DNA of 64,000 nucleotides from a bacterium (GTDB lineage Bacteria; Zhuqueibacterota; Zhuqueibacteria; Residuimicrobiales; Krinioviventaceae). Each line of letters opens with the position of its first letter. The stretch's first letter is position 1. The translations under genes and the position numbers were made by a program. The stretch covers positions 864,001-928,000 of the forward strand of contig OY843751.1 in the NCBI GenBank assembly GCA_963693055.1, given 5' to 3'. Shown piece by piece: positions 49,583-59,328 of the stretch. A model generated the notes under the pieces. The model searched no databases. It was not told where the DNA came from and worked only from the letters and a program-made list of their open reading frames with translations.

Positions 49583-49671
49583 ACCAAACTGGATTATTTA
49601 CGCTCCATAAAACGGGTACGTTGCTATTTGATTCTGGCCATGTTAAATTTATTAACATTGACTCACAGTAT

Positions 49672-49711
49672 AAAGAAAAAATGACGAAAGCTATATGGTT
49701 TTCGTCATTTT
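49672..49711 (-). terminator. Terminator-like hairpin after tRNA-Gln
   Basis: AAAATGACGAAA...TTTCGTCATTTT inverted repeat with a U-tract on the minus strand. Confidence 0.55.
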
Positions 49712-49725
49712 CACTGTGAGATTTG

Positions 49726-49797
49726 CTGGGGCGGGAGGATTCGAACCTCCGAATGCAGGAACCAAAATCCTGTGTCTTGCCGCTTGACGACGCCCCA
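49726..49797 (-). tRNA. tRNA-Gln (TTG), CCA not encoded
   Basis: Minus strand TGGGGCG acceptor stem, CAGGA-TTTTGGT-TCCTG anticodon arm, GGTTCGAATCC T-arm; ispE-tRNAGln-prs synteny. Confidence 0.97.
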
Positions 49798-49811
49798 AAT
49801 TTATATCTTAT

Positions 49812-50651
49812 TCAATTTTCAGGTTCAAACAAGAATGTTTTAAACCTGCTTTGTAAAATTGAAAAAGCTGCAAACGCCTCTTTTTGTGTTTCAAAAAGCC
49901 CAAACATTGAAGAGCCGCTGCCAGACATTTGCGCGTAAAATGCGCCAATGTCATACAATTCAGTTTTTATTTGTTCAAGAACAGGGTATTGCTTAAAGAC
50001 AATATCTTCGAAATCATTTTCAAGTAAATTTCTCCAATCTGCAATTGGAATATCCTTACTTGTAAAGACGCTAAATTTACTGTTTTTAAATGAATTTGTC
50101 AAGTTAAAATTGAATTGTTTATAAGCCCATGTTGTATCTATATGGTATTTAGGGCAAATAAGCACTCCAAACCAGTTATTTGCAATTGTAATGGGGTATA
50201 ATTTTTCTCCTCGGCCTGTTCCTAGTGCGCTATTTCCCAAAATGAAAAATGGCACATCTGAACCCAACTCTGCGGCAAGGGAGAAAAGATGTTCATTTTT
50301 CAGTCTTGTTTGCCAGAGACGGTTTAAGGCTATCAAGGTTGCAGCAGCATTACTGCTGCCGCCACCTAAACCCGCACCCGAGGGTATATTCTTTTCCAAA
50401 CGGATATGGCATCCTTTTGATGATTTGGTTGTTTGCTTGAGTAGCACAGCTGCTTTAACAACCAAATTTGAAGAATCTGATGGACACCAGGGAGAGCTGC
50501 ATTCAAAAGTAATTTTTTCGTTTTGAATGTTAAATTCCAAGCTATCTTTAACGGATATAGTTTGGAAAATGGTTTCTAGCTCATGAAAGCCATCGCTCCG
50601 CTTACCAAGAATTCGTAGACCCAGATTGATTTTTGCTAGAGAAGAAACCAC
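49812..50651 (-). CDS. ispE: 4-diphosphocytidyl-2-C-methyl-D-erythritol kinase
   Basis: AKINLGL, IPSGAGLGGGSSNAA, LGSDVPFF and MSGSGS. Confidence 0.97.
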   Translation of the reverse strand: MVSSLAKINLGLRILGKRSDGFHELETIFQTISVKDSLEFNIQNEKITFECSSPWCPSDSSNLVVKAAVLLKQTTKSSKGCHIRLEKNIPSGAGLGGGSSNAAATLIALNRLWQTRLKNEHLFSLAAELGSDVPFFILGNSALGTGRGEKLYPITIANNWFGVLICPKYHIDTTWAYKQFNFNLTNSFKNSKFSVFTSKDIPIADWRNLLENDFEDIVFKQYPVLEQIKTELYDIGAFYAQMSGSGSSMFGLFETQKEAFAAFSILQSRFKTFLFEPEN

Positions 50652-50719
50652 TGGTTACCGCTTGATAATTTTATAATCTATACAGAATTTATTGCTTTGG
50701 ATTTTCCCAATACACAGTC

Positions 50720-50992
50720 TTATTTGGTTTTGGGAAGAATAACCTCTACATCTGTATGGGGACGAGGAATTACATGTACTGAAACCAATTCGCCAACTTT
50801 TTCAGCAGCTGCAGCACCAGCGTCAGTAGCAGCTTTAACAGCACCAACGTCGCCACGAACGATAACAGTCATCAATCCACTTCCAACTCTTTCTGTGCCA
50901 AGCAATTTTACATTTGCCGCTTTAACCATTGCGTCGGCGGCTTCTATTGCAGGAATGAAACCTCTAGTTTCAACAAGTCCTAATGCTTCCAT
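50720..50992 (-). CDS. Bacterial microcompartment hexameric shell protein (BMC-H, EutM/PduA-like)
   Basis: [35 protein letters not shown] and HVIPRPH. Confidence 0.95.
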   Translation of the reverse strand: MEALGLVETRGFIPAIEAADAMVKAANVKLLGTERVGSGLMTVIVRGDVGAVKAATDAGAAAAEKVGELVSVHVIPRPHTDVEVILPKTK

Positions 50993-51051
50993 TGTGGGGT
51001 AACCCTCCAAAATTTTTCTGCTGTTTTATATTGATTATGTATATATTTTAC

Positions 51052-51080
51052 AAAGTAATAAACTTTTAATTGTTTGTCAA
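51052..51080 (-). promoter_or_regulatory. sigma70-type promoter upstream of BMC-H gene
   Basis: Minus strand TTGACA-17 nt-TACTTT. Confidence 0.45.
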
Positions 51081-51181
51081 CTCTTTTTAAGTTTTTTTGT
51101 TTGATAAACACATTCAGGAATACAGACTTGCATTTATCAACTGGTTTGGTTAATTTCTTTTGGTGAAAAATATAGGGAAAT

Positions 51182-51970
51182 ATGAAAAAAATTTTTATTT
51201 CTGATGCTCATTTTGGCGCTGAAAGTACGGAAAAAGAAAAGCACAAAGCAGAGTTGTTTTATTCTTTTTTAGAGTATTTTGAAAGTCAGGATGCCGAACT
51301 ATATATAGTTGGTGATTTGTTTGATTTCTGGTTTGAGTACAAGTATGCAATACCACGCAGGCATTTTAGAATAATTGCCCATTTGGCTGACTTGTGCCGC
51401 AGCGGCAGGAACATACATTATTTAGCCGGTAATCATGATTTTTGGCTGGGTTCTTTTATGGAAAAAGAAGTGGGTATGAAATTGCATACGGATGATTATA
51501 TTATCTCAGAGCCGGAATGCAAAATTTTTATTTGTCATGGTGATGGTTTATTGAAAAATGATTACGGTTATCGGTTCCTAAAAAGGGTGTTAAGAAGCAA
51601 GATGAATATTTGGTTGTATCGTTTGATGCATCCAGATTTTGGTATTCCATTCGCATTGTTTTTTTCTAATCTGAGCCGCAAGCATTCCAAGAATGATGAG
51701 AATTACACGGATATAGATTACAGACAATATGCTTTTGATAGAATAGATGAGGGATATGATTTTGTAATTTTGGGTCATACCCACTGGCCAGCTATGGATA
51801 AATATAAAAATGGCTGGTATTTAAATGCCGGGAATTGGATGGAAAAATTCACTTTTGCTGAAATTGACAACTGTAAACCCCATTTGTACAGGTGGGATGG
51901 ACAGAATGCAGTTGATGCGGAAATTGAATTCCCTCCCGGATACAAAAAACAATTTGAAGGTAAAGAGTGA
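51182..51970 (+). CDS. lpxH: UDP-2,3-diacylglucosamine diphosphatase (metallophosphoesterase)
   Basis: SDAHFG, GDLFDFW, GNHD, HGDG and GHTH motifs. Confidence 0.85.
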   Translation: MKKIFISDAHFGAESTEKEKHKAELFYSFLEYFESQDAELYIVGDLFDFWFEYKYAIPRRHFRIIAHLADLCRSGRNIHYLAGNHDFWLGSFMEKEVGMKLHTDDYIISEPECKIFICHGDGLLKNDYGYRFLKRVLRSKMNIWLYRLMHPDFGIPFALFFSNLSRKHSKNDENYTDIDYRQYAFDRIDEGYDFVILGHTHWPAMDKYKNGWYLNAGNWMEKFTFAEIDNCKPHLYRWDGQNAVDAEIEFPPGYKKQFEGKE

Positions 51971-52773
51971 TCAATTATCGTAAAAGCTGGATAGATTATT
52001 TTACCTTAATCGTTGCAATTGTAATCTCTTTGATTCTTATTGCCCGCAATGGTGACGCTTTTCGAAATTCTGCTATTCATACAATAACTCTGGAAATAAC
52101 ATCAACCCTTGCATCGCCTTTTACATTTTGGCATGACATTCTGGGAGTACGTAAAGAGAATCAACGTTTAAAACAAAGAAATATTCAATTACAGTTGGAG
52201 AATTCCCGCCTTTATCAAGACCGTTTAGAAAAAAATAGATTGATGAAATTGCTGGATCTTAGAGAAGACTTTGGTTTTAAAAGTATTCCCGCGCGGGTCG
52301 TAGGACTTGATGGGATGATGGGCATACACTCTTTTATTCTGGATAAAGGGAAAAAAGACGGTGTTAAAATAAATATGCCTGTTATTGCCACACAGGGGCT
52401 TGCCGGCAAAGTAATACAATTGTCTGAACATAATTCTGTAGTGCAGGCTGTAACAGATAAAAATTTTCGTGTGGCTGCAAGGTTGCAGGATGAGCGTTTT
52501 TCAGGTATTTTGAAAGGTACAGGCGGTGATAAGGCCGAATTGTGGGGGATACCCTTGTCTGCTAATGTAAATGTGGATGACAAGCTTATCACGCTTGGTA
52601 TGGATTCAATTTATCCACCTTATTTACAACTTGGTAAAGTTTTGCAAGTTAAAGATGGGCCCGAAGGTCTTTTTTATGTTATCAAAGTTGAACCGGCTGA
52701 AATCTATTCCAGAATTGAACAAGTTCTGATTTTAGCCCGAATGGACAGTACAAATGAAAACAGCAATTTTTAG
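51967..52773 (+). CDS. mreC: Rod shape-determining protein MreC
   Basis: TM + coiled coil (ENQRLK), LDKGKKDGV..MPV...GLAGKV and IYPP. Confidence 0.93.
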   Translation: MINYRKSWIDYFTLIVAIVISLILIARNGDAFRNSAIHTITLEITSTLASPFTFWHDILGVRKENQRLKQRNIQLQLENSRLYQDRLEKNRLMKLLDLREDFGFKSIPARVVGLDGMMGIHSFILDKGKKDGVKINMPVIATQGLAGKVIQLSEHNSVVQAVTDKNFRVAARLQDERFSGILKGTGGDKAELWGIPLSANVNVDDKLITLGMDSIYPPYLQLGKVLQVKDGPEGLFYVIKVEPAEIYSRIEQVLILARMDSTNENSNF

Positions 52774-53254
52774 TATACTTTTATTTATATCAATATTGAT
52801 TCAGATAGCTCTAAAGCCCATGCTGACTTTTTGGGGGATGGGCCCGGATTTATCCATTCTGGTTCTTTGTTTTGCGGCTTTTGCCTTGCCAAGAAATTCA
52901 GTTACTATTATGGGGTTTGCTACGGGATTTATACGTGACAGTTTAGGGTTTAGTATGTTGGGCGTAGGCTCGTTATTGTTTACAATTGTTGCGTTTGCTG
53001 CTGCTTCTTTGCTGCGTAAACGTTCATTTCAGTCTTTGTTTGAAGTTACTCTATATTTCTCAATTGTTATCTTGGGCTTTTTTTTCCTGTACCATGTTTT
53101 TATAAACTTGTTCTCTGATGGATTTGGGGTAATGATTGTAACGCAAGTATTGCCATCTACACTATTATCTGTTTTAATTTTAGTGATAATCTTTATTCTT
53201 GTACCAAAAATGTTCTGGTACCGTATCAACCTTTATGGACAAACGAGATATTGA
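52754..53254 (+). CDS. mreD: Rod shape-determining protein MreD
   Basis: GPDL, GFATGFIRDSL; position between mreC and mrdA. Confidence 0.85.
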   Translation: MKTAIFSILLFISILIQIALKPMLTFWGMGPDLSILVLCFAAFALPRNSVTIMGFATGFIRDSLGFSMLGVGSLLFTIVAFAAASLLRKRSFQSLFEVTLYFSIVILGFFFLYHVFINLFSDGFGVMIVTQVLPSTLLSVLILVIIFILVPKMFWYRINLYGQTRY

Positions 53255-55031
53255 TATGCCAGATTTTGAAGACAAGAAAATTATTTTCTCCATAGCCATT
53301 TATTTTTTATTCCTGATTTTATTTTTTCAATTGTTCAGGCTGCAGGTGTATGATCGAAAAAAATATCAGCAGCATTCTTTTAAAAATCGAATAAAGCAGG
53401 TTAGGTTAATGCCCTCGCGGGGTGTCATTTATGACAGAAATGGTGAAAAGATAGTAGAGAACCAACCTGTTTATAATGTATATGTTGTTCCGTTCGAGTG
53501 TAAGAATGACACGGCCTTGATATTATTGTCTCGCTTACTGGGCGATTCTACACAAATCATTCAAGATCGGATTAAACAATCGGGGCGGCTTTTTAGTGCT
53601 GTCAAAGTGTGGGATGATATCTCTTTTGCGCAATTGGTAGCGATTGAAGAGCGCAAGTTTGAATTACCTGGAACAAGTGTTCAAGTTGATACGCGAAGAA
53701 AATACACGTCAAGAGCTGATCTTGCTCATGTATTGGGTTATTTATCTGAGGCTTCTGAAGCAGATATAGAGCAGGATTTGCAAAAACAGACAAAATTGGG
53801 CGACTGGGTAGGTAAAAAGGGTGTTGAGAAAAAATATCAAAAAGAACTCTTGGGTATGGTTGGCGTTAATTTTATTGAAGTGAATGCCCTTGGAAGAGAG
53901 ATTAATGATAAAGATTTTGCTGGCGAAATGGCTCCCAAGCGGGGTAAAGATATGTATTTAACTGTTGATCTGGATTTGCAGGTCATGGCTGAATCTTTAT
54001 TTGTGGACAAGCAGGGTGGAGTGGTTATGCTGGATGCCCGCAATGGAGATGCTTTGGTCTTGTGTAGCAAGCCAGACTATGACCCCAGAATTTTTTCTAA
54101 ACGTATTTCCAATACAGATTGGAGAACTTTGGTGAATGATCCTGCAAAACCCATGTTTGACAGGGTTGTGCAGGGTGAGTTTCCGCCGGGTTCAACTTAC
54201 AAGCTGGTTGTGCTAGCGGCAGCGTTGGAAACCGGTATTGCAGTTCCTGATGACAAGTACAACTGTACTGGTTTGTATCGTTTTGGCAGGGGAAGGTTTC
54301 ACTGCTGGAACCATAGCGGACATGGAACGCTTGATATGTATGGAGCGATAAAAAATTCCTGTAATGTTTACATGTATAATGTTAGTCTTGATATGGATGT
54401 GAATGTTTGGGCAGAGTACTCTAAACGTTTTGGATTTGGGCAGGCAACAGGAATTGATCTGTATGCTGAAGGTAAAGGAAATGTGCCGGATAAAGCATAT
54501 CTGGATAAGGCCTATGGCGAAAACGGTTGGACCAAAGCCATGATGTTGAACCTGGGAATTGGGCAGGGAGATTTGTTGGTAACACCCTTGCAAATGGCGC
54601 AATTTGCCATGATAATGGCAAACAAGGGCTATTATTTTGCTCCACATATGATGCAGAAATTTGTTGATCCTATTGATGGTTCTTTTGTGTTATATAATGC
54701 ACCTAGAAAAACGGTTGAAGGTATATCTGAAACTACCTTTGATGTGCTTCGCAAGGGTATGGATATGGTCGTTAATGATGTTGGAGGCACGGGAAGGGCG
54801 AGTTTTAATCGGGATTATAAAGTAGCTGGTAAAACAGGTACAGCTCAGAATCCACATGGAGAATCGCACGCCTGGTTTATCGGTTTTGCGCCATTTGAAG
54901 AGCCTCAGGTTGCGTTTTGTGTGTTTGTAGAAAATGGCGGAAGTGGTGGAGGAAACGCCGCTCCCATTGCCGGCAAGTTGTTGAAAAAATATTTTGAAAT
55001 GCAAACAATGGTAGCAGACTTTGATTCTTAA
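53235..55031 (+). CDS. mrdA: Penicillin-binding protein 2
   Basis: RGVIYDRNG, PGSTYK (SxxK), SCN (SxN) and KTGTAQ; start at 53235 or 53256. Confidence 0.96.
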   Translation: MDKRDIDMPDFEDKKIIFSIAIYFLFLILFFQLFRLQVYDRKKYQQHSFKNRIKQVRLMPSRGVIYDRNGEKIVENQPVYNVYVVPFECKNDTALILLSRLLGDSTQIIQDRIKQSGRLFSAVKVWDDISFAQLVAIEERKFELPGTSVQVDTRRKYTSRADLAHVLGYLSEASEADIEQDLQKQTKLGDWVGKKGVEKKYQKELLGMVGVNFIEVNALGREINDKDFAGEMAPKRGKDMYLTVDLDLQVMAESLFVDKQGGVVMLDARNGDALVLCSKPDYDPRIFSKRISNTDWRTLVNDPAKPMFDRVVQGEFPPGSTYKLVVLAAALETGIAVPDDKYNCTGLYRFGRGRFHCWNHSGHGTLDMYGAIKNSCNVYMYNVSLDMDVNVWAEYSKRFGFGQATGIDLYAEGKGNVPDKAYLDKAYGENGWTKAMMLNLGIGQGDLLVTPLQMAQFAMIMANKGYYFAPHMMQKFVDPIDGSFVLYNAPRKTVEGISETTFDVLRKGMDMVVNDVGGTGRASFNRDYKVAGKTGTAQNPHGESHAWFIGFAPFEEPQVAFCVFVENGGSGGGNAAPIAGKLLKKYFEMQTMVADFDS

Positions 55032-56235
55032 TAACCGTAAATATGAATGGAGCATTTTAATTGCTGTTTTATTGCTCTGCACTTATGGCCTGGTTGCTAT
55101 TTACAGTGCAACACATGGAGAATTGAGTTCTCAATCTGAGCATATGTTTTTTATAAAGCAATTGGTTTGGATTGGTATAGGGCTTTTTATGTTTTTCGTT
55201 GTTTCCATGCTACCCAGTAATTGGCTGTCCATGTCTGCACCATTTTTATATAGCCTGTTATTATTGATCCTCATGGGATTACTGGTTTTGGGACGAGGCG
55301 GTGGGCCAAGCCGTTGGATCGGATTCGGTGGATTACAATTGCAGCCATCAGAGTTTATGAAGCCGGTGCTGGTTATGACTCTTGCTGCATATTTCAGCTC
55401 TGGTTTTTCACTTGTTCGAAAAATGGATATTTTGCTTGTCTTTGTTATGATACTGGTCCCCTTTGCATTGGTACTGAAACAACCGGATCTAGGAACTTCT
55501 CTGACTTTTTTGGTGATTATTGTTCCCATGTTGTATTGGCGGGGAGTTAGTTTATTTGTTTTGTTTGTTATCTGCGCTCCAATTGTTACATTTATAGCTT
55601 CGTTTCAGTTTTGGTCTTTTTTTGTGACAATTTTAGTGATTTGCGCTATTCTGGTTATATCAAGAAGAGGTGCATTGACCTTTTGGACAGTGTTCTTTTT
55701 CAATATTATAGTAGGTATTGCGGCCCCCTCATTCTGGAATCATTTGCATGAATATCAGCAAAAACGTGTTTTAAATTTTCTAGGTATTGTGTCTGACCCC
55801 CAGGGTTCAGGGTATCAAATTATACAGTCCAAGGTGGCCATTGGATCCGGAGGATTTTGGGGAAAGGGCTTTATGGAAGGGTCTCAAACACAGTTGAGCT
55901 TTTTACCAGAGCAGCATACCGACTTTATTTTTTCCGTAATTGCGGAAGAGTGGGGTTTTATTGGTTCAATGGTACTGATTGCTACGTTTATAATATTACT
56001 ATCAAGAGGCATACATATTGCCTCTACTGCAAAAAGTGATTTTGAAGGGCTGTTAACAATAGGCCTCGTTTCCATGTTCATGTTTCAAATACTTGTAAAT
56101 ATGGGAATGACTATGGGTATAATGCCGGTTACAGGTATGACATTACCCTTTATTAGTTACGGCGGATCGTCTATGATGTCATCGATGATCATGGCTGGTT
56201 TAATTATGAATTCTGCATTAAATCGTTTCAAGTAA
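55021..56235 (+). CDS. rodA: Rod shape-determining protein RodA (SEDS)
   Basis: QPSEFMK, QPDLGT, FLPEQHTDFIF and LPFISYGGSS. Confidence 0.96.
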   Translation: MILNNRKYEWSILIAVLLLCTYGLVAIYSATHGELSSQSEHMFFIKQLVWIGIGLFMFFVVSMLPSNWLSMSAPFLYSLLLLILMGLLVLGRGGGPSRWIGFGGLQLQPSEFMKPVLVMTLAAYFSSGFSLVRKMDILLVFVMILVPFALVLKQPDLGTSLTFLVIIVPMLYWRGVSLFVLFVICAPIVTFIASFQFWSFFVTILVICAILVISRRGALTFWTVFFFNIIVGIAAPSFWNHLHEYQQKRVLNFLGIVSDPQGSGYQIIQSKVAIGSGGFWGKGFMEGSQTQLSFLPEQHTDFIFSVIAEEWGFIGSMVLIATFIILLSRGIHIASTAKSDFEGLLTIGLVSMFMFQILVNMGMTMGIMPVTGMTLPFISYGGSSMMSSMIMAGLIMNSALNRFK

Positions 56236-56253
56236 GCGAAGAGGAGGTTTATA

Positions 56254-57075
56254 TTGCATCCGATATTGTTTCGACTTGGCGCTTTTGAAGTTCGTTCTTA
56301 TGGCGTTATGTTGGCGTTGTCTTTTTTGTTTGGTATTATGATAGCGGTAAAAAGAGCAAAAAAGCGTGGAGTTGATCCCAATCATATTATGGATTTATCA
56401 GTCATTCTTATTATCAGTGCAATAGTGGGATCACGTTTGTTGTATGTTGCATATCATCCGGAAGAATTTTCCGGACATTGGTTGGATGCCATAAGTCCTT
56501 TTCAGAGTGATGGTACCATTGGTCTGGGTGGTTTGACTGTATTGGGAGGGGTTGTATTGTGTTTCATTTCTGCTTTTATTTTTCTAAGGGTTAAAAAACT
56601 CTCTTTTCTCGTATTTGCAGACATTATGATTCCAATGGTGGGATTGGGGATTTTTCTTACACGTATTGGTTGTTTTCTAAATGGTTGTTGTTATGGGCTG
56701 CCTTGTGGTGAGCACGGTCATTTGTGTGTAACCTTTCCATACAACAGTGCTGCCGGACATATGTTCCCGGATACGCCCCTGGTACCAGCACAGCTTTATT
56801 CTTCACTTTATGGATTAATGATTCTGGGTGTTTTGTTATTCATTGAAAGATGGCAGAAATTTGACGGTTTTCTATTTTACGTGTTTTTAATTCTTTATGG
56901 TTTGTCTCGCTTTACTGTAGATTTTTTCAGATATTATGAAAACAGTATGGTAATTATGCAATTGGCAGGCAAAGATATTAGCCTGAACCAGGGAATCAGT
57001 TTTTTGTTTATTGTAATTGGAACTTTAATGCTGATTTTAGGTTATTTACGTAATAAAAAGAAAGATGTTGTATAG
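56254..57075 (+). CDS. lgt: Prolipoprotein diacylglyceryl transferase
   Basis: YGVM, GSRLLYV, RIGCFLNGCCYG, PAQLY and RFTVDFFR. Confidence 0.93.
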   Translation: MHPILFRLGAFEVRSYGVMLALSFLFGIMIAVKRAKKRGVDPNHIMDLSVILIISAIVGSRLLYVAYHPEEFSGHWLDAISPFQSDGTIGLGGLTVLGGVVLCFISAFIFLRVKKLSFLVFADIMIPMVGLGIFLTRIGCFLNGCCYGLPCGEHGHLCVTFPYNSAAGHMFPDTPLVPAQLYSSLYGLMILGVLLFIERWQKFDGFLFYVFLILYGLSRFTVDFFRYYENSMVIMQLAGKDISLNQGISFLFIVIGTLMLILGYLRNKKKDVV

Positions 57076-57099
57076 ATTTCGTTAAAAATTAAAATTCTC

Positions 57100-57128
57100 T
57101 TGACTTTTTTTGTTAAGTTCAATAAATT
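57100..57128 (+). promoter_or_regulatory. Possible sigma70-type promoter
   Basis: TTGACT-17 nt-TAAATT upstream of 57152. Confidence 0.4.
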
Positions 57129-57151
57129 TAATTAAATAACTTGAAAAGCGA

Positions 57152-58327
57152 ATGGTGAAAAATCAATTGATAAAACGACTGTGGTTTTTGCTCCTTGTGT
57201 ATATCATTTCAATTGTCCCTAGTGGTGCATTTGCACTTGATGACAAAATTGGTGTAGGCATTAAAGCTGGAATGGGTCGCCTAGAGGGGGATTGGAGCAG
57301 CCCCGGACTTTCATTCAATGGTTCTGTTTTTGCAAGTTACAGCCCGTTTCCATACTTTGCAATTAGTGGCGAGTTGGGTACCGGTTTTCTCAGAACCTCG
57401 GAAATATCAGACATCAGCAGGATTGATGCCGGCTTTGACAATGTAGATGATTACAATACAACATTTGTACCCTATGAATTGCAGGTACAGGTCAATCCTT
57501 TTCCATATTTTAAAATCAAGCCCTTTGCATTATTGGGGGTTGGTGGATTGTGGTTTAATTCAACCTATCAGGATGCTACAATTAATCTGGATGGTGTTGA
57601 ACAGAATTTAATGGATTCATATTTCAAGTTTGGTGGAGGTATTGAATATCCAATTGAGCCACAGATTTCGGTTATACTTGGCGCGGATTTTAGGCAAACC
57701 ATGACAGACCGACTTGAGCAATGGAAAAGTGGTGATGAGAACGATGGTATTATCTCTGTTTGGGCCGGAGTTACATATTATTTTCCATTAAAGAATAAGG
57801 ATGATCGTGATTTTGATAATATTCCATTATCTTTAGATGTGGACCCCATATATGCTGAAGATTTTAATGGATATCAGGACCACGATGGAAGACCCGAAAA
57901 TGGAGTGCCTGAAAATTTTGACTACAAAAAGCCCTTAGTAAAGCATAACCCTGTATTTAGAGCGCTTGAGGGCAGCAATCTGGAAATTAAAGCTGAAATT
58001 TATTCTACCACGCCTTTGAAAAGTATTTCTATTATGCACCGGGCAATAGGCAGTAAAAAATGGCAAGTAGTAGAGATGAGTCCGGAACCTAACAATATAT
58101 ATGTAGGTGAAATAGATAAATCATATTTAACCGGTGATGGGCTAGAATATTTTGTTGTTGCAGTAACCCGAGATTTACAAGGCATGGGGTATTCAGGATT
58201 ACCGAAGCGCCCTATCCAGGTTAAAATAGTAAAAAATGCTTCAAAATGGCGACTAGCCACCGGGGCGCTATCAGCGTTGAGCTGGGCAAGCGCTTTGTAT
58301 ATTATTCTAAGAAAACAAACCAATTAG
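57152..58327 (+). CDS. OmpA-like beta-barrel + TSP3-like linker + Ig-like domain + C-terminal hydrophobic anchor
   Basis: Signal peptide, about 8 strands ending AGVTYYF, DRDFDNIP..D.DP..AEDFNGYQDHDGRPE, VKHNP...LEYFVVA and TM+RK tail. Confidence 0.7.
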   Translation: MVKNQLIKRLWFLLLVYIISIVPSGAFALDDKIGVGIKAGMGRLEGDWSSPGLSFNGSVFASYSPFPYFAISGELGTGFLRTSEISDISRIDAGFDNVDDYNTTFVPYELQVQVNPFPYFKIKPFALLGVGGLWFNSTYQDATINLDGVEQNLMDSYFKFGGGIEYPIEPQISVILGADFRQTMTDRLEQWKSGDENDGIISVWAGVTYYFPLKNKDDRDFDNIPLSLDVDPIYAEDFNGYQDHDGRPENGVPENFDYKKPLVKHNPVFRALEGSNLEIKAEIYSTTPLKSISIMHRAIGSKKWQVVEMSPEPNNIYVGEIDKSYLTGDGLEYFVVAVTRDLQGMGYSGLPKRPIQVKIVKNASKWRLATGALSALSWASALYIILRKQTN

Positions 58328-58336
58328 GAGAGCGAA

Positions 58337-59167
58337 ATGAAGGCAAAGCAATATATTATTTTACTCGTGATGATGCTGAGTTTTTTCAGTGTACTGTTTC
58401 TGAGTTCATGTGCCGGTACTCGCCAGGAAGACAGCAGCTTTGAAAATGAGCTGTTTGGTGAAGATGAATTAGAAGGTATTGACGATATGGTCCTGAGCGA
58501 TTTAGACGCTTCTTCTGATGAAGATGAGGTTTTGCGTTTATTGGGTATATCTGAAGACAATAATGACAATACCCAATCGTTTTCACAATCGGAATACGCA
58601 GAAAGTACCAATGTTTCTACAAGACCCAGCGGTAATCTTGAAGAACAGGTCAATTATCTGGAAGATGAAGCGCAGCGTAAAGATATTGAAATGTCAAATC
58701 TGAAAGCAGACATTGCCGAACGTGAACGCCGTATTCAGGAACTGCAAACTCAACTTGCGCAAAATGGTGGTACATTGCCAAGTTCTGGTTCTGCAACCGG
58801 TAGTTTTAAAGGTCAGTATGAACAGGCTTTGAACAATTATCGTACAAGAAATTACCGTACAGCGATACAACAGTTTGATGTCATGTTGGCACAAAATGCT
58901 ACAAATACTCTGGTTGACAATTGCCAGTATTGGAAAGGTGAATGTTATTACGCGTTAAGCGATTATAACCAGGCTATTCTTGAATTCCAAAAAGTATTCA
59001 TGTATGGAGAATCCAACAAGATTGATGATGCACAATTGAAACTGGGATTATGTTATTTGCGATTGGGTGACAAGCAAAGATCAAGAACTGAATTTGAGAA
59101 ATTGATCTCAAATTATCCTGACAGTGAATTTGTTTCACGGGCACAAACCTATATGTCACGTTTATAA
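58337..59167 (+). CDS. CpoB/YbgF-like TPR lipoprotein
   Basis: LSSC lipobox, coiled coil, DNCQYWKGECYY and DDAQLKLG. Confidence 0.8.
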   Translation: MKAKQYIILLVMMLSFFSVLFLSSCAGTRQEDSSFENELFGEDELEGIDDMVLSDLDASSDEDEVLRLLGISEDNNDNTQSFSQSEYAESTNVSTRPSGNLEEQVNYLEDEAQRKDIEMSNLKADIAERERRIQELQTQLAQNGGTLPSSGSATGSFKGQYEQALNNYRTRNYRTAIQQFDVMLAQNATNTLVDNCQYWKGECYYALSDYNQAILEFQKVFMYGESNKIDDAQLKLGLCYLRLGDKQRSRTEFEKLISNYPDSEFVSRAQTYMSRL

Positions 59168-59203
59168 AAAAATAAAATATTTTTATCATTAATCTGGAAT
59201 TAC

Positions 59204-59231
59204 AAAAGGGTAACTTTGGTTACCCTTTTTT
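59204..59231 (+). terminator. Rho-independent terminator
   Basis: AAAAGGGTAAC-TTTG-GTTACCCTTTTTT. Confidence 0.8.
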
Positions 59232-59328
59232 ATTGATTTTGTTACAAATTTTTTTAAATTAGTAGATGCGGAAGTGTTCCGTTTCTTGTTTTTGAATTTC
59301 CATTCATTGATAAACAATAGGTAATCTC

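Noticed and set aside
49723-49938. 71-aa + strand ORF (MLGREDSNLRMQEPKS...)
   Set aside because: It is the antisense reading of tRNA-Gln and the end of ispE, a classic spurious ORF.
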